The notes below the pieces were generated by a model, which worked only from the letters and a program-made list of their open reading frames with translations, was not told the DNA's origin and made no database searches. The translations under genes were made by a program, and so were the position numbers. DNA of 64,000 nucleotides from a virus (lineage: Duplodnaviria; Caudoviricetes), in IMG/VR virus record IMGVR_UViG_3300028833_000124, positions 1 through 64,000 of that record; one strand, 5' to 3'. Of this stretch, positions 48,577-58,033 are shown in pieces. Position 1 is the first letter of the stretch, and every line of letters starts with the position of its first letter.

Positions 48577-48914
48577 TCACAGTTCCCCTTTTTATATTCT
48601 TGATAACAATAATCTAAAATCTCCTCATATTTATCCAAAGTCAGATTGCCCTCATCGTGTAACCAACCACTTATAATAGCAGTTCTTTTTTGTGAATGTT
48701 TGATTTGTTGTTTTAACTCATTATTCTCTCTTTCCAATTCTCTGCGACTATATAATTTCCTTTCTTTACATTCTTTTAATTCAAAATCTAACTCTTCAAT
48801 TTTATGCTCTAACTTCTTAATTATATGCCAAAACTGTTCAGGGAAAATACGAACATTATTTTCATAGTAATATTTCCCAGTATCAGTAACTTCATAAGTA
48901 TACTTATTATTCAT
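48573..48914 (-). CDS. Coiled-coil accessory protein
   Basis: LYSRRELERENNELK. Confidence 0.55.
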   Translation of the reverse strand: MNNKYTYEVTDTGKYYYENNVRIFPEQFWHIIKKLEHKIEELDFELKECKERKLYSRRELERENNELKQQIKHSQKRTAIISGWLHDEGNLTLDKYEEILDYCYQEYKKGNCE

Positions 48915-49063
48915 TCTTGCAACTCCTTTTGCAGTTTTCCTTTTGTGTCATCTAATTCATCGCATTTACTTTTTAAACAAAAATTATTATATTTTCTACA
49001 GTAAACTACACCGGTGGAGGAGTTCCTATGTTTACATCTCCACCAGTATCTTCGTTTAGTCAT
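48911..49063 (-). CDS. 50-aa Cys-rich microprotein
   Basis: Hand translation MTKRRYWWRCKHRNSSTGVVYCRKYNNFCLKSKCDEL... Confidence 0.5.
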   Translation of the reverse strand: MTKRRYWWRCKHRNSSTGVVYCRKYNNFCLKSKCDELDDTKGKLQKELQE

Positions 49064-49072
49064 TCTAATCCC

Positions 49073-49294
49073 TTATTCTCCATCTTTTAAGTTTTTAAAT
49101 TCACTTTGCAAGTCAAGATATTCTCTCCAAATTTTATTATTTTCTTTGATAAGTTTGGAAACATATTTATTCTGCCACAAAGTCCTTACATCATTTGCAT
49201 AAACCCAAGCAGACCTACACAAAAAAATAATTACGGGAGGAACAATTATTAAGACTAATAAACTCATTAAATCAAACTGGACAATAAAAGTCAT
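49073..49294 (-). CDS. Small membrane protein
   Basis: One N-terminal TM helix. Confidence 0.5.
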   Translation of the reverse strand: MTFIVQFDLMSLLVLIIVPPVIIFLCRSAWVYANDVRTLWQNKYVSKLIKENNKIWREYLDLQSEFKNLKDGE

Positions 49295-49300
49295 TAGACA

Positions 49301-49435
49301 TCACCCACTATAATAAATACTAAATTCAAAACTGTTACAATCTGCAACAACTTCATCTGCATCTCTATCAGACATATCTTTTTGACAACACATTCCATCA
49401 AAATATCCGCATTTACCACATTCAAATTCATTCAT
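49301..49435 (-). CDS. 44-aa Cys-rich microprotein
   Basis: Hand translation MNEFECGKCGYFDGMCCQK...DCNSF. Confidence 0.45.
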   Translation of the reverse strand: MNEFECGKCGYFDGMCCQKDMSDRDADEVVADCNSFEFSIYYSG

Positions 49436-49761
49436 TCCAATCCCTCTTTAAGCTCATCTAAATAAACAACTTCTTTATGATATGCTTTTGCGATTTCATG
49501 TTCCAATTTACAACCTCTCGCATCTTCCCAACCATAACCCATAGCAAGAACATCAGCCATACTCATGAAAAATATTGATTCACTTAAACATTCTAACGGA
49601 GATTTCTGTTCATGATCTTCAACTATAGAAGAGATTATTTCACAATTATCATCACCATAATAATCAAATAGCAGGTTTGCCATTTCATTTCTTTCAGCAT
49701 CAATTTCTTGTTTTGTTTTACCATTCATTGGACTGCTTAACATGATTTTAATTTTACTCAT
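49432..49761 (-). CDS. DUF4406 / nucleoside 2-deoxyribosyltransferase-like protein
   Basis: IMLSSPMNGK...ADV....GWEDARGCKLEHEIA. Confidence 0.75.
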   Translation of the reverse strand: MSKIKIMLSSPMNGKTKQEIDAERNEMANLLFDYYGDDNCEIISSIVEDHEQKSPLECLSESIFFMSMADVLAMGYGWEDARGCKLEHEIAKAYHKEVVYLDELKEGLE

Positions 49762-50128
49762 TTTTCTTCCTCCATTTTATATTTTCACTATATCCACCTA
49801 ATTCATCGATTTTATCACATAAAGCATATAAGAAATAAATTAAACTATATGCATCTTCTTTATTTACTAATGGAACATCTTCAAATTCATGAAGAAAATC
49901 TTTTAAGACATATGAATAAGAGAATTCATTATTCTCTTTGTCATAATGTCTTTTTTTAAATAATACAAATCTTTGATAATAATGGTTACCATCTTGTTTG
50001 AAATAATAATCATCTGCTTTTTTACATCTCATACGATTATCACAACAATATCGATGATCTGCTTCACAGTATTCGCTACCGTATTCCATCATATCATCAC
50101 ATTCCAAACTCATTGTTAAATCCTCCAA
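49754..50128 (-). CDS. Hypothetical protein
   Basis: ORF. Confidence 0.5.
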   Translation of the reverse strand: MEDLTMSLECDDMMEYGSEYCEADHRYCCDNRMRCKKADDYYFKQDGNHYYQRFVLFKKRHYDKENNEFSYSYVLKDFLHEFEDVPLVNKEDAYSLIYFLYALCDKIDELGGYSENIKWRKKNE

Positions 50129-50298
50129 TTTACTAAATGACCTAATTTCTTATTGATATACTCATCGGAATATCCTAATTGTCTTAATTCTTCTATTTTC
50201 TTATTAATCCACCAACCATCTATGCCCACATCTGTTTGAGATGTTATAGTTGACTTTTTAAGATGTCCAGTATGTTCAATCATCTCCTAAACTCCCAT

Positions 50299-50625
50299 TT
50301 ATATTATTTCAATAACTTTACAGAACATTGTTCTACTATCAGGTATTTCTAATGTAACTGTTTGACCAACTTGAATGTTCACATAATCTTCCATGCTAAC
50401 AGGATATTCTTGGATGATATAATGAGCGTAGGTTCCTTTTTCTCTTTCACTTATCACATACATTGGATTAGCATAATTATTATCATCAAGAGGGGCGTTT
50501 CCAGTTCCCATGCCTACAATGTGTTTACTGTCCACTCTCATTGTTACTTCTGTTGCACATACTGTTCCGATACAGAATAATGCAACAATTATTAAACAGA
50601 ATAGTAATACTATTTTTTTATTCAT
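50299..50625 (-). CDS. Secreted or membrane-anchored small protein
   Basis: Signal-peptide-like N-terminus MNKKIVLLFCLIIVALFCIGTVCA. Confidence 0.55.
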   Translation of the reverse strand: MNKKIVLLFCLIIVALFCIGTVCATEVTMRVDSKHIVGMGTGNAPLDDNNYANPMYVISEREKGTYAHYIIQEYPVSMEDYVNIQVGQTVTLEIPDSRTMFCKVIEII

Positions 50626-50644
50626 TTTACTTGCAACTCCCTTT

Positions 50645-50911
50645 TCAAATCTTGTTCTGTTTCTTCTGTTGACAATCTTTTAATTGTTCTTTTAATTCTT
50701 TGTTCTCTTCCATTAATTCCACATTGAATTCTGCTAATTCATCTCTTTGACGTGTTCGCCTGTTTAACCGGCATTGTAAACGTGATTTTTCATTAGATAA
50801 CTCATTCAATTTATCACAAACTTGTAATTGTGATAATTCAACATCATTATCAAGTATTACGATGAGATTCTCATTATCAGTTGTTATACCAAATCGTTCA
50901 GTTTCAGCCAT
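50645..50911 (-). CDS. Coiled-coil accessory protein (VxDxLNEL family)
   Basis: MAETERF...QVCDKLNELSNEK. Confidence 0.55.
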   Translation of the reverse strand: MAETERFGITTDNENLIVILDNDVELSQLQVCDKLNELSNEKSRLQCRLNRRTRQRDELAEFNVELMEENKELKEQLKDCQQKKQNKI

Positions 50912-51218
50912 TATTTTCCCTCTTTGAATTATAACATTTCATCGCTTCTTCAGATAAACAGAATGTTCTTACATTCTCCCGTTTTCTAAGACAATACTTA
51001 CATTCATTCAATAATACATGTTTACCTACACATACACCGCTACTACTCCCTTTGAAATGTGTTCTACCCCAAAAATCATCATTAGCATCACAATTCTTGT
51101 TATGTTCATACATATCACACTCACTATCCAAGATTACTGCTTTTTTCTTAAAACAAAACACATAATCCTTATCCTTATCTAAAACAACAGTATTATTTCG
51201 TTTTCTACTGAAAAACAT
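50904..51218 (-). CDS. Cys-rich hypothetical protein
   Basis: ORF. Confidence 0.5.
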   Translation of the reverse strand: MFFSRKRNNTVVLDKDKDYVFCFKKKAVILDSECDMYEHNKNCDANDDFWGRTHFKGSSSGVCVGKHVLLNECKYCLRKRENVRTFCLSEEAMKCYNSKRENNG

Positions 51219-51223
51219 AATCT

Positions 51224-51670
51224 TTACCCCTCTTTAATCATTTTATTAAAATCATTCACAATCCTCCAGAAACTTGCTTTAGGACTGTCATCAAAATAAC
51301 CATCATGACAATTAAGCAATTTCCGACGTTCATTTTCAATAGCTTTCCTAAGAATCATATCTACAGTTTTACCGCAACGTCCTGGAGTATAATACGTATA
51401 ACCTTTATCCCTTATTTTTTCAAATATTTCTTTACGAAGATCATCTAATTGAATTATTTCAAATTCATCTTTGTTTGGGATTATTCCTAAACTGCTGGGA
51501 TAATTCCACCACCTACAATGGATAGTACCCACATCATCAACGGAGGTTACTGTTCCAATGGTTCCTGGTGGAACTGGTGTGGAGTCATTCATTTTAATTA
51601 ATTTGATGATTGTGCCTTGAGGATATTTTTCACGAAGTTCGGCAATTTCTTTTTTACTTGGCCAATTCAT
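51224..51670 (-). CDS. DUF4314-domain protein
   Basis: LREKYPQGTIIKL..M.D...PPGTIGTVTSVDDVGTIHCRW. Confidence 0.78.
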   Translation of the reverse strand: MNWPSKKEIAELREKYPQGTIIKLIKMNDSTPVPPGTIGTVTSVDDVGTIHCRWWNYPSSLGIIPNKDEFEIIQLDDLRKEIFEKIRDKGYTYYTPGRCGKTVDMILRKAIENERRKLLNCHDGYFDDSPKASFWRIVNDFNKMIKEG

Positions 51671-52044
51671 AATAAATCACCAGTATACTCTCCTTGTTTT
51701 CGTAATTTCTGTTTTAGTTCAAAATTTTCTTTTTCAAACTTGTGAATATAATCACTTGCTTCATCAGGATTTAAGCATAATTCACCAATTTCTTTTTCAA
51801 TTTCATGTACATCTAACATTCCTCTAAATGCTAATTGTTGTAATTTAATTGTTAAGAAACGATTTTCCATTCTTAAATGTCTATTAACCGCTTTTAATTC
51901 AAGACAACGTTGTAAATCATTACTTGTTTGGTATGCTTCCCTTTGCAGTACAGATAATTTAAAACAGATTTCTTCTAAAGAGTATTCTTTATCTGTGAAT
52001 CTGTTTTTGATTTTACCATCCTGAACATAATATTCATCTCTCAT
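51667..52044 (-). CDS. Coiled-coil accessory protein
   Basis: EEICFKLSVLQ. Confidence 0.55.
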   Translation of the reverse strand: MRDEYYVQDGKIKNRFTDKEYSLEEICFKLSVLQREAYQTSNDLQRCLELKAVNRHLRMENRFLTIKLQQLAFRGMLDVHEIEKEIGELCLNPDEASDYIHKFEKENFELKQKLRKQGEYTGDLL

Positions 52045-52517
52045 TTAGATGCCTCCTCTGCCATTCTTTCATAAAAATCTACAATTAAATCATCTTCACC
52101 GGTTTCATGTAATAACTCTTCCAAGACATTGATTCTTTCATTGAACATGTCTCCTAAGATTAATGTGTCTTGCTGATGTTTTAACTTGAAATATTTTTCT
52201 AATAATTCTATGATTGCATTTTTGAATAGGTCTTCAACATCTTGAGATTGTTGCCATAATCCATTCATGAAATCAGCTAATTCTTCTGCATCTTCCAATC
52301 TTTCAATATACCAATCCGGAAACTGTTCCAATTCATCAACAAATAATACTTTAACATCATTACCATCTTCCCATTTAGCTTTGAATCTTTTATTTTCATA
52401 TTTTTTAGCCAAATGGTTAAACTCATAATCTTCACATATATCGGGGTCTTCAGTACAAGATATTACTGTGTTATAATAACAATATCTGCATTTTTCATCA
52501 GTTTTCATAAAACCCAC
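52041..52517 (-). CDS. Hypothetical protein with N-terminal Cys cluster
   Basis: CRYCYY...CTEDPDICEDY. Confidence 0.55.
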   Translation of the reverse strand: MGFMKTDEKCRYCYYNTVISCTEDPDICEDYEFNHLAKKYENKRFKAKWEDGNDVKVLFVDELEQFPDWYIERLEDAEELADFMNGLWQQSQDVEDLFKNAIIELLEKYFKLKHQQDTLILGDMFNERINVLEELLHETGEDDLIVDFYERMAEEASK

Positions 52518-52771
52518 CTTTCTAACTTTGTTTGAACTTCCCTACGATGTAAAACTCTTTTAGAAATGATAATAGCATCACAATAAGGTAATGCTAATAA
52601 TTGAGTATCATTTACACTTATGCAATCTTTTTTAAACTCTTTTAGTTCATCATCTTTTGTGAAACTTGCATCTGTACTGATTGTCCCATCCTCGTCAATA
52701 GTTACCAGAGAAACTCTTTCATCATCTTGGATTTGTAATTGTAATTTTTTTAATTCTTCAACTGTCCTCAT
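52505..52771 (-). CDS. Hypothetical protein
   Basis: ORF. Confidence 0.5.
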   Translation of the reverse strand: MRTVEELKKLQLQIQDDERVSLVTIDEDGTISTDASFTKDDELKEFKKDCISVNDTQLLALPYCDAIIISKRVLHRREVQTKLERWVL

Positions 52772-52928
52772 ATTTGTCCCTCTATTATCCGCATTGCTGC
52801 TTTTGCAATTAACCTGTTAATCTGCTTATTATTAGTATGAATTTCAATTACAACTTTGTGGAGTAGATTATCATAGATATCTACTCCGGAATTGTATTTT
52901 GAATCAAGTATTGTGAATCGTTTAAATG

Positions 52929-53168
52929 TCATACTTCCTCATCGGTTTCTGGGATTTCATCACTGTATTCTATTCTGTTTAATATTCTGACTTTTTTATC
53001 CGGTTCAACTAATTCAAAACCAAAAGGAACAGCAATAAAATCTGAAAATTCTTTATTGATTGCTTCTCCTAATCTCTTGGATATTTCATCAATATTTTTA
53101 TAAAGTGCTACACCATCCCCTCCCTCTATTCTTAATACTAGACCATATAATATATCATAATCACTCAT
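52929..53168 (-). CDS. Hypothetical protein
   Basis: ORF. Confidence 0.5.
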   Translation of the reverse strand: MSDYDILYGLVLRIEGGDGVALYKNIDEISKRLGEAINKEFSDFIAVPFGFELVEPDKKVRILNRIEYSDEIPETDEEV

Positions 53169-53872
53169 AATCCCACAACCTTTTTAGCAGCATCTAAATC
53201 ATTATCATAAATGTGCAAACTGCTGCAATTATAATACAAACCATTATACTGGAGCAAGGGATATTTTTCTTTCAATGATTCAACTAATTTGAATCCAATA
53301 TAATGAATGAACATCATATTACTTGTCCATGCTCCGTAACAGTCATTACTTCTGAAGATAATTGTTAATGTTAACTTATTATTTCTTATTAATGCTTGAA
53401 TCCAATTAAGGCATGGGATGTGTTCTTCAACTCCATCTAATCCACAATTATATAAAGTTGCAACTGCACGATTACTTCCAGGGTTTTCAGTTAATCTGTA
53501 TTGCATGATTTCAAGTTGATCCACTTGTACAACTTCACCAAATCTGTCAACAGTAGTATGATTTAATAATCTCTCAGGATAGGTGTAGACGAAATCTCCT
53601 CCATCAATAATGAATGAGTCATCTAAGCTTGCTACATAATCATGTAATGCTTCACCGTGCATTACTGCACCTTGGATATCAAAGTATCCTTTTTTGATTA
53701 AATTCAAATATTGTTCTGTTGATAAATCATTAGACAAACCATAAGCTACAGGAGCTGGTAGGAATTCATGCACTCCAATTATTTCATGAATTAAAGTATC
53801 ATCTTTAGTATGTGAATGACCTTCTTCAATGATTTGCAATAATAGTTTTTTCCATGTTTTTTCCATATTCAT
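53165..53872 (-). CDS. thyA: Thymidylate synthase (archaeal ThyA-type)
   Basis: YTYPERL, SNRAVA, HIPCLNWIQ, FRSNDCYGAWTSN, SLHIY. Confidence 0.85.
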   Translation of the reverse strand: MNMEKTWKKLLLQIIEEGHSHTKDDTLIHEIIGVHEFLPAPVAYGLSNDLSTEQYLNLIKKGYFDIQGAVMHGEALHDYVASLDDSFIIDGGDFVYTYPERLLNHTTVDRFGEVVQVDQLEIMQYRLTENPGSNRAVATLYNCGLDGVEEHIPCLNWIQALIRNNKLTLTIIFRSNDCYGAWTSNMMFIHYIGFKLVESLKEKYPLLQYNGLYYNCSSLHIYDNDLDAAKKVVGL

Positions 53873-54105
53873 TCTTCCATCTCTTTAATTGTTAATACTC
53901 TTCCAACATGCATTCCAACAATAGCGTAACATAAAAATAAAGATAAGATTGTGAAGATATTATATGTGGTTGTCCAATTGATTAAATAGGATAACACGAA
54001 ACATAATATCATCACAACCGCTAATGCTAATGCAATTTTATAAAAGTTCATAAAATTAATCCTCATAATATCGTTGTTCGTTTTTACTAGGAACACGTTT
54101 AACAT
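53869..54105 (-). CDS. Small membrane protein
   Basis: Two TM segments. Confidence 0.5.
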   Translation of the reverse strand: MLNVFLVKTNNDIMRINFMNFYKIALALAVVMILCFVLSYLINWTTTYNIFTILSLFLCYAIVGMHVGRVLTIKEMEE

Positions 54106-54418
54106 TCACTTCTTCACAAATACGATTAACTTGCTTTTGTTTCCAACCAGTTAATATTAATTTATCTCTTACTTTTTTAGCATCCTCCAAAGAAGAATAT
54201 ATCCCAAAAAAATAAGTTTGGGATTTGATTTTCTTTTTAATATGATAATTTTGACCTCTTTTTTCAATGTAACTAAAATCAGGGTCTCTGCTTTTAATAT
54301 CATCTGCATTGAATAAGATTTTGAGATTAGTGTTATGTTTTTTCAAACATTCATCTAATCCCATTCCATTTTGCAAATCACGAGTTATTGCTTCAGGAAT
54401 CATAAGTCTTGCTCCCAT
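54056..54418 (-). CDS. AP2-like DNA-binding domain protein
   Basis: YIEKRGQNYHIKKKI....FFGIYSSLEDAKKVRD. Confidence 0.5.
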   Translation of the reverse strand: MGARLMIPEAITRDLQNGMGLDECLKKHNTNLKILFNADDIKSRDPDFSYIEKRGQNYHIKKKIKSQTYFFGIYSSLEDAKKVRDKLILTGWKQKQVNRICEEVNVKRVPSKNEQRYYED

Positions 54419-54852
54419 TCTTCACAGTATTCTGTTTCATCCACAAAATTCTCATGTTCTTTGCAGTACATTCCTTTGGCTCCGTTGAGTTGGAATCTTG
54501 TTTCTGTTTTTTCACAGCTTCCACAACAAGGAACACGGTTCCTTAAACCTTCTAATTCATTTGCATATCTTGTAATGGGAATTGGATGATAGTAACAATC
54601 GGAATGTTTGTCGCAGAATTCTAGTGCTAAATTTTCATCGGTTACGAATGCAACGTGTTCATCAAATCGATCTGGGAAAGTTCTTTTGATTTCATAGGTT
54701 ATTTTGTTACCCGCTTGGATTAGTCTGTTTAACATTCCGCAGATTGAGTTTGCATCATCTTGTGCTGGAGTGTAATATGATCTTCCAGTTTGTTGATTGA
54801 TTAGTATGTAATGATGATTGTTTTCAAGTTCTACATAGAATGGTCCCATCAT
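54400..54852 (-). CDS. Hypothetical protein with C-terminal Cys cluster
   Basis: CCGSCEK...YCKEH...YCEEW. Confidence 0.55.
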   Translation of the reverse strand: MMGPFYVELENNHHYILINQQTGRSYYTPAQDDANSICGMLNRLIQAGNKITYEIKRTFPDRFDEHVAFVTDENLALEFCDKHSDCYYHPIPITRYANELEGLRNRVPCCGSCEKTETRFQLNGAKGMYCKEHENFVDETEYCEEWEQDL

Positions 54853-55182
54853 TTATTCCACCTCTTCTTTATCTGCTGTTTTGCCGGATGTGTTTTCAAA
54901 TAAGAGTAATTTATCTGGTGTTTTCATTCCTGCAAAACCATGTTCGTCTAAGTGTTCTTTGGCCATTTCATCTGCTTTACTCCAATCCATTTTTCCTTTT
55001 TTAACAAGATCATAGTTATGTACATAGCATAAGTGTGCTATGAATTGTAATGGTCTGAGTATTAAATCGTTGCAATGATTTTCCATACATTTAACTGTTT
55101 TCCGATGTTTTAAACAGGTCATGTCACAAAATTTTTTATCATTGACTTCGCTGAAAACGCAATCAACACACCTATAAGTCAT
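54853..55182 (-). CDS. Cys-rich hypothetical protein
   Basis: CVDCVF...CLKH...C...C. Confidence 0.55.
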   Translation of the reverse strand: MTYRCVDCVFSEVNDKKFCDMTCLKHRKTVKCMENHCNDLILRPLQFIAHLCYVHNYDLVKKGKMDWSKADEMAKEHLDEHGFAGMKTPDKLLLFENTSGKTADKEEVE

Positions 55183-55480
55183 TTAACTCACCTACAGTTT
55201 TTCCTTTCAAACTTGGTAGGATAGTATAAACTTTTTCACCAAGTTCAGTTAACTTGTATAATCTGCCTTTATGAGCCTCCTCATTAATGCAAACCACTAT
55301 ATTATGGTCTTTTAATTCACGTAAAGTTTTACTGATATGATTGCTTCTTACATTGCAATTTTCTGCAATGTATTTAGGAGTCATAAAGTTATATTCATGA
55401 AGAACAGTTACTGCTCTTTCACGATAACTTGACATTAGCACATATGCTGCTAAAGATAATATTTCGTTTTCACTCTTCAT
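55172..55480 (-). CDS. Winged-helix transcriptional regulator (ArsR/MarR-like)
   Basis: MTPKYIAENCNVRSNHISKTLRELKDHNIV..INEEAHKGRLYKLTELG; start refined to MKSENE. Confidence 0.78.
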   Translation of the reverse strand: MKSENEILSLAAYVLMSSYRERAVTVLHEYNFMTPKYIAENCNVRSNHISKTLRELKDHNIVVCINEEAHKGRLYKLTELGEKVYTILPSLKGKTVGELNDL

Positions 55481-55496
55481 TTTCTTCCCACCATAC

Positions 55497-55916
55497 TTAA
55501 CATTCGATTTCAATTGGTTGTCCTAACCATGTGTAATCTGAATCATCAAATTCAACTATTCTGTTAAAATCCCAATCACAGGCTATGCAGATATCTCTTT
55601 CATGTTTGGCATCTTCATAGTTATCGAAAGAACCGAAATAGTTCTTTTTACCGTTTAGTATTTTGATAACATGGTAATGTCCATTTTCAAAGATGATGTA
55701 TCTGTTTGCTTTGAAGCAAGGGTTAACCATCCATTTTTTTCCAATATAGTATGCTCTGTATAATTTTGCTTCTTCAAGGGTGGGGAAACTTCCCCAGTAT
55801 AATAATACTCCTCCAATTCTTTTTCTGATTTCAAACCATCCGTTACGGCGTTGGTAAATATATTTTGGGATTTTTTCAAATGTTTTACTGGTATCTTGAT
55901 AGATATATTTCACCAT
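55497..55916 (-). CDS. Tandem AP2-like DNA-binding domain protein
   Basis: Two repeats YI...NG.(F/Y).(I/V).K...G...Y(W/F)GSF...E(E/D)AK..R. Confidence 0.55.
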   Translation of the reverse strand: MVKYIYQDTSKTFEKIPKYIYQRRNGWFEIRKRIGGVLLYWGSFPTLEEAKLYRAYYIGKKWMVNPCFKANRYIIFENGHYHVIKILNGKKNYFGSFDNYEDAKHERDICIACDWDFNRIVEFDDSDYTWLGQPIEIEC

Positions 55917-56054
55917 TCTGCTCCCTCACAAGTTATTGAAATTATTGGTATTATTTCACCGTCAGAATCTCTGATTCTTTTTTGACTTGGTTTTGGTAAT
56001 AATTCAGGCATTGCATCTGCGACATTACGATAAAATCTTTTATCCATAAACTAT

Positions 56055-56399
56055 TCACCTTTCTTTGAAATGGAATTTCCAAACTTCCTTACATCCCTCA
56101 TCATCAGGGATGATTATTTCTGTGTGATGAATGCGGACATTTTTTAAACTGAATTCATCTTCAAATTCATTAATGTATTGTTTGAATTTTCCATCTGTAG
56201 TTATGGTAATATGATCCATTGTTAAACTTTCCTCAACATCAATTGGCATTAACATTAAATCGTGTTCTTCAAACCAATCACGTACTTTGCTCTTAAAAGC
56301 TAAATCTTTACTGAGTAGTTCAGATTTTGCTTCTAAATATTCTGAATATAAACTCATAATTTCACCTTTTCCATTTTTTAAATCTAATTCTATCTCCAA
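56055..56399 (-). CDS. Hypothetical protein
   Basis: ORF; start likely MSLYSE. Confidence 0.5.
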   Translation of the reverse strand: MEIELDLKNGKGEIMSLYSEYLEAKSELLSKDLAFKSKVRDWFEEHDLMLMPIDVEESLTMDHITITTDGKFKQYINEFEDEFSLKNVRIHHTEIIIPDDEGCKEVWKFHFKER

Positions 56400-56991
56400 T
56401 ACTTACGAATTGGATGAAACCAGTTTCACGGTCATTGCGAACTGCTTCTGTTAATTTTTTATAAACTTCTTCTGTGACTGTTAAACTAGTATTATTAGGA
56501 CTGTTTTCTTTTAAAGCATCGTAAAAACTTGAACTAACACATATGCTGTCTGTGAAATCATTGTTTATTGTTAAATTTAAACGAACAGTTTCCAAACTGC
56601 ATTCTCTTTTAAATTCAACTACTGCCATATCATCATAATCTAAATCAAAGAAATCAGACCATGTTGATGGTTTATAAGTGTAAATCCATTTTTCCTGGAA
56701 TCCATCACCATAATTATTCATAGTTTTAAGAGATTCTTTTTTAATGGAACATAATTTACATTCAAAGGTTTTACAGAATAAATCATGCCATTTTTTAGTC
56801 CAAGTGTTTTCACCCATAACTTCAACGTCTAAATAGAAATTGTAGCCATGGTATGCAGCTAATGCTGTTACGAAAATGTTAATCATTTCAGGTTCACCGT
56901 TTTCTTCTCTCCAAAATTTCATTTCAAAGTTTTGGAGATCATCATGCAATAATCTGATTGCATCATTTAATTGTATAAAATTATTATTCAT
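56362..56991 (-). CDS. Hypothetical protein
   Basis: ORF. Confidence 0.55.
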   Translation of the reverse strand: MNNNFIQLNDAIRLLHDDLQNFEMKFWREENGEPEMINIFVTALAAYHGYNFYLDVEVMGENTWTKKWHDLFCKTFECKLCSIKKESLKTMNNYGDGFQEKWIYTYKPSTWSDFFDLDYDDMAVVEFKRECSLETVRLNLTINNDFTDSICVSSSFYDALKENSPNNTSLTVTEEVYKKLTEAVRNDRETGFIQFVSIGDRIRFKKWKR

Positions 56992-57122
56992 GATAATTCA
57001 CCTTTTATTATGCATGAAACAGCATCCATTAGTGGTAATTAATTCGTCAAATAATGTGCAGAGATTTTTATAACGATGAAGACAATTCACACAAGATTTA
57101 TGCTCTTTATTTTTTTTAGAGC

Positions 57123-57503
57123 TCATTCTTTCACCTTGAATTGTAAAACATATTTTTCAAGACTAATACGATTATCCAATAATTCTAAATCTTTACGAAT
57201 AAGACTAGTGTTCTGTTTAGCTAATTCATAAGTATCAGTTAACTCAGGATATTCTTCATCAATATAAGCTTGAATCTGTTTCTCTGTTGGACTTTTACTT
57301 AATTCATATTTCTCTTTTACCATGTCCGGATTTAATCTAACTTTATTAGCTTTGTGAGCTAATTCTAATTTTAAACTAACTTCACTATTCACAGCATCTT
57401 TTAATTCTTTAATCTTTTCTTCTTTATCTTGCAGTAATTTATCAAAATCCCACACTGCATTTATATCCGTATGTCTTAATGGAATATGTTCCAAATCAGT
57501 CAT
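57123..57503 (-). CDS. Helical protein, possibly UvsY-like recombination mediator
   Basis: KSPTEKQIQAYID plus flanking long helices; weak. Confidence 0.35.
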   Translation of the reverse strand: MTDLEHIPLRHTDINAVWDFDKLLQDKEEKIKELKDAVNSEVSLKLELAHKANKVRLNPDMVKEKYELSKSPTEKQIQAYIDEEYPELTDTYELAKQNTSLIRKDLELLDNRISLEKYVLQFKVKE

Positions 57504-58033
57504 TATATCACTCCTAAACCTTTTAAACTATTAACTGCAACAAGAATGAATAATAAAACATTTATACAAATTAAACCAGTAAGGACATAATCGCCATATT
57601 TATAATGGAATGAATCCTCAATTTTCATCTGCAGGATTTCCTGACAGATTTCAACTTTTTCATATAATGTTTTTTCCTGGTCTTTTGTAATGACTTCACG
57701 ATATTCCTCTGGTGCATCTTCACCCAACTGAACAACTAACTCTCTTGGAGCGCCTTCCAAATATTTTTGCGCATCTCTGGCAAAAACAAGGAAACTTTTA
57801 CAACCTAACCCTCCAAAAATATTAACTTCATAACTATCATCATCTTTTTCAGGAGACAGTAATGTCACAACTTCCTCCATAGTAGATGGATTAAAGGTTA
57901 TGACTCCGTAAAATCCAGTATTGAATTTCACAAGTTTGAAACCTAATTCTTTATCCATTTCTTGTGTTTCTAAAATTTTATAATCAGCTGCATCATATTC
58001 AATCATAGTCATAAGGATCAACTCCTTTAACAT
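57503..58033 (-). CDS. Hypothetical membrane-anchored protein
   Basis: C-terminal TM helix. Confidence 0.5.
   Translation of the reverse strand: MLKELILMTMIEYDAADYKILETQEMDKELGFKLVKFNTGFYGVITFNPSTMEEVVTLLSPEKDDDSYEVNIFGGLGCKSFLVFARDAQKYLEGAPRELVVQLGEDAPEEYREVITKDQEKTLYEKVEICQEILQMKIEDSFHYKYGDYVLTGLICINVLLFILVAVNSLKGLGVI

Noticed and set aside
49001-49053. H-type pseudoknot (GGUGGAG/CUCCACC crossed with GUAAAC/GUUUAC, then GG) resembling a minimal HDV/theta ribozyme
   Set aside because: No room for P3/L3, no catalytic C in the J4/2 position, and it lies wholly inside a credible 50-aa Cys-rich ORF (48911-49063).
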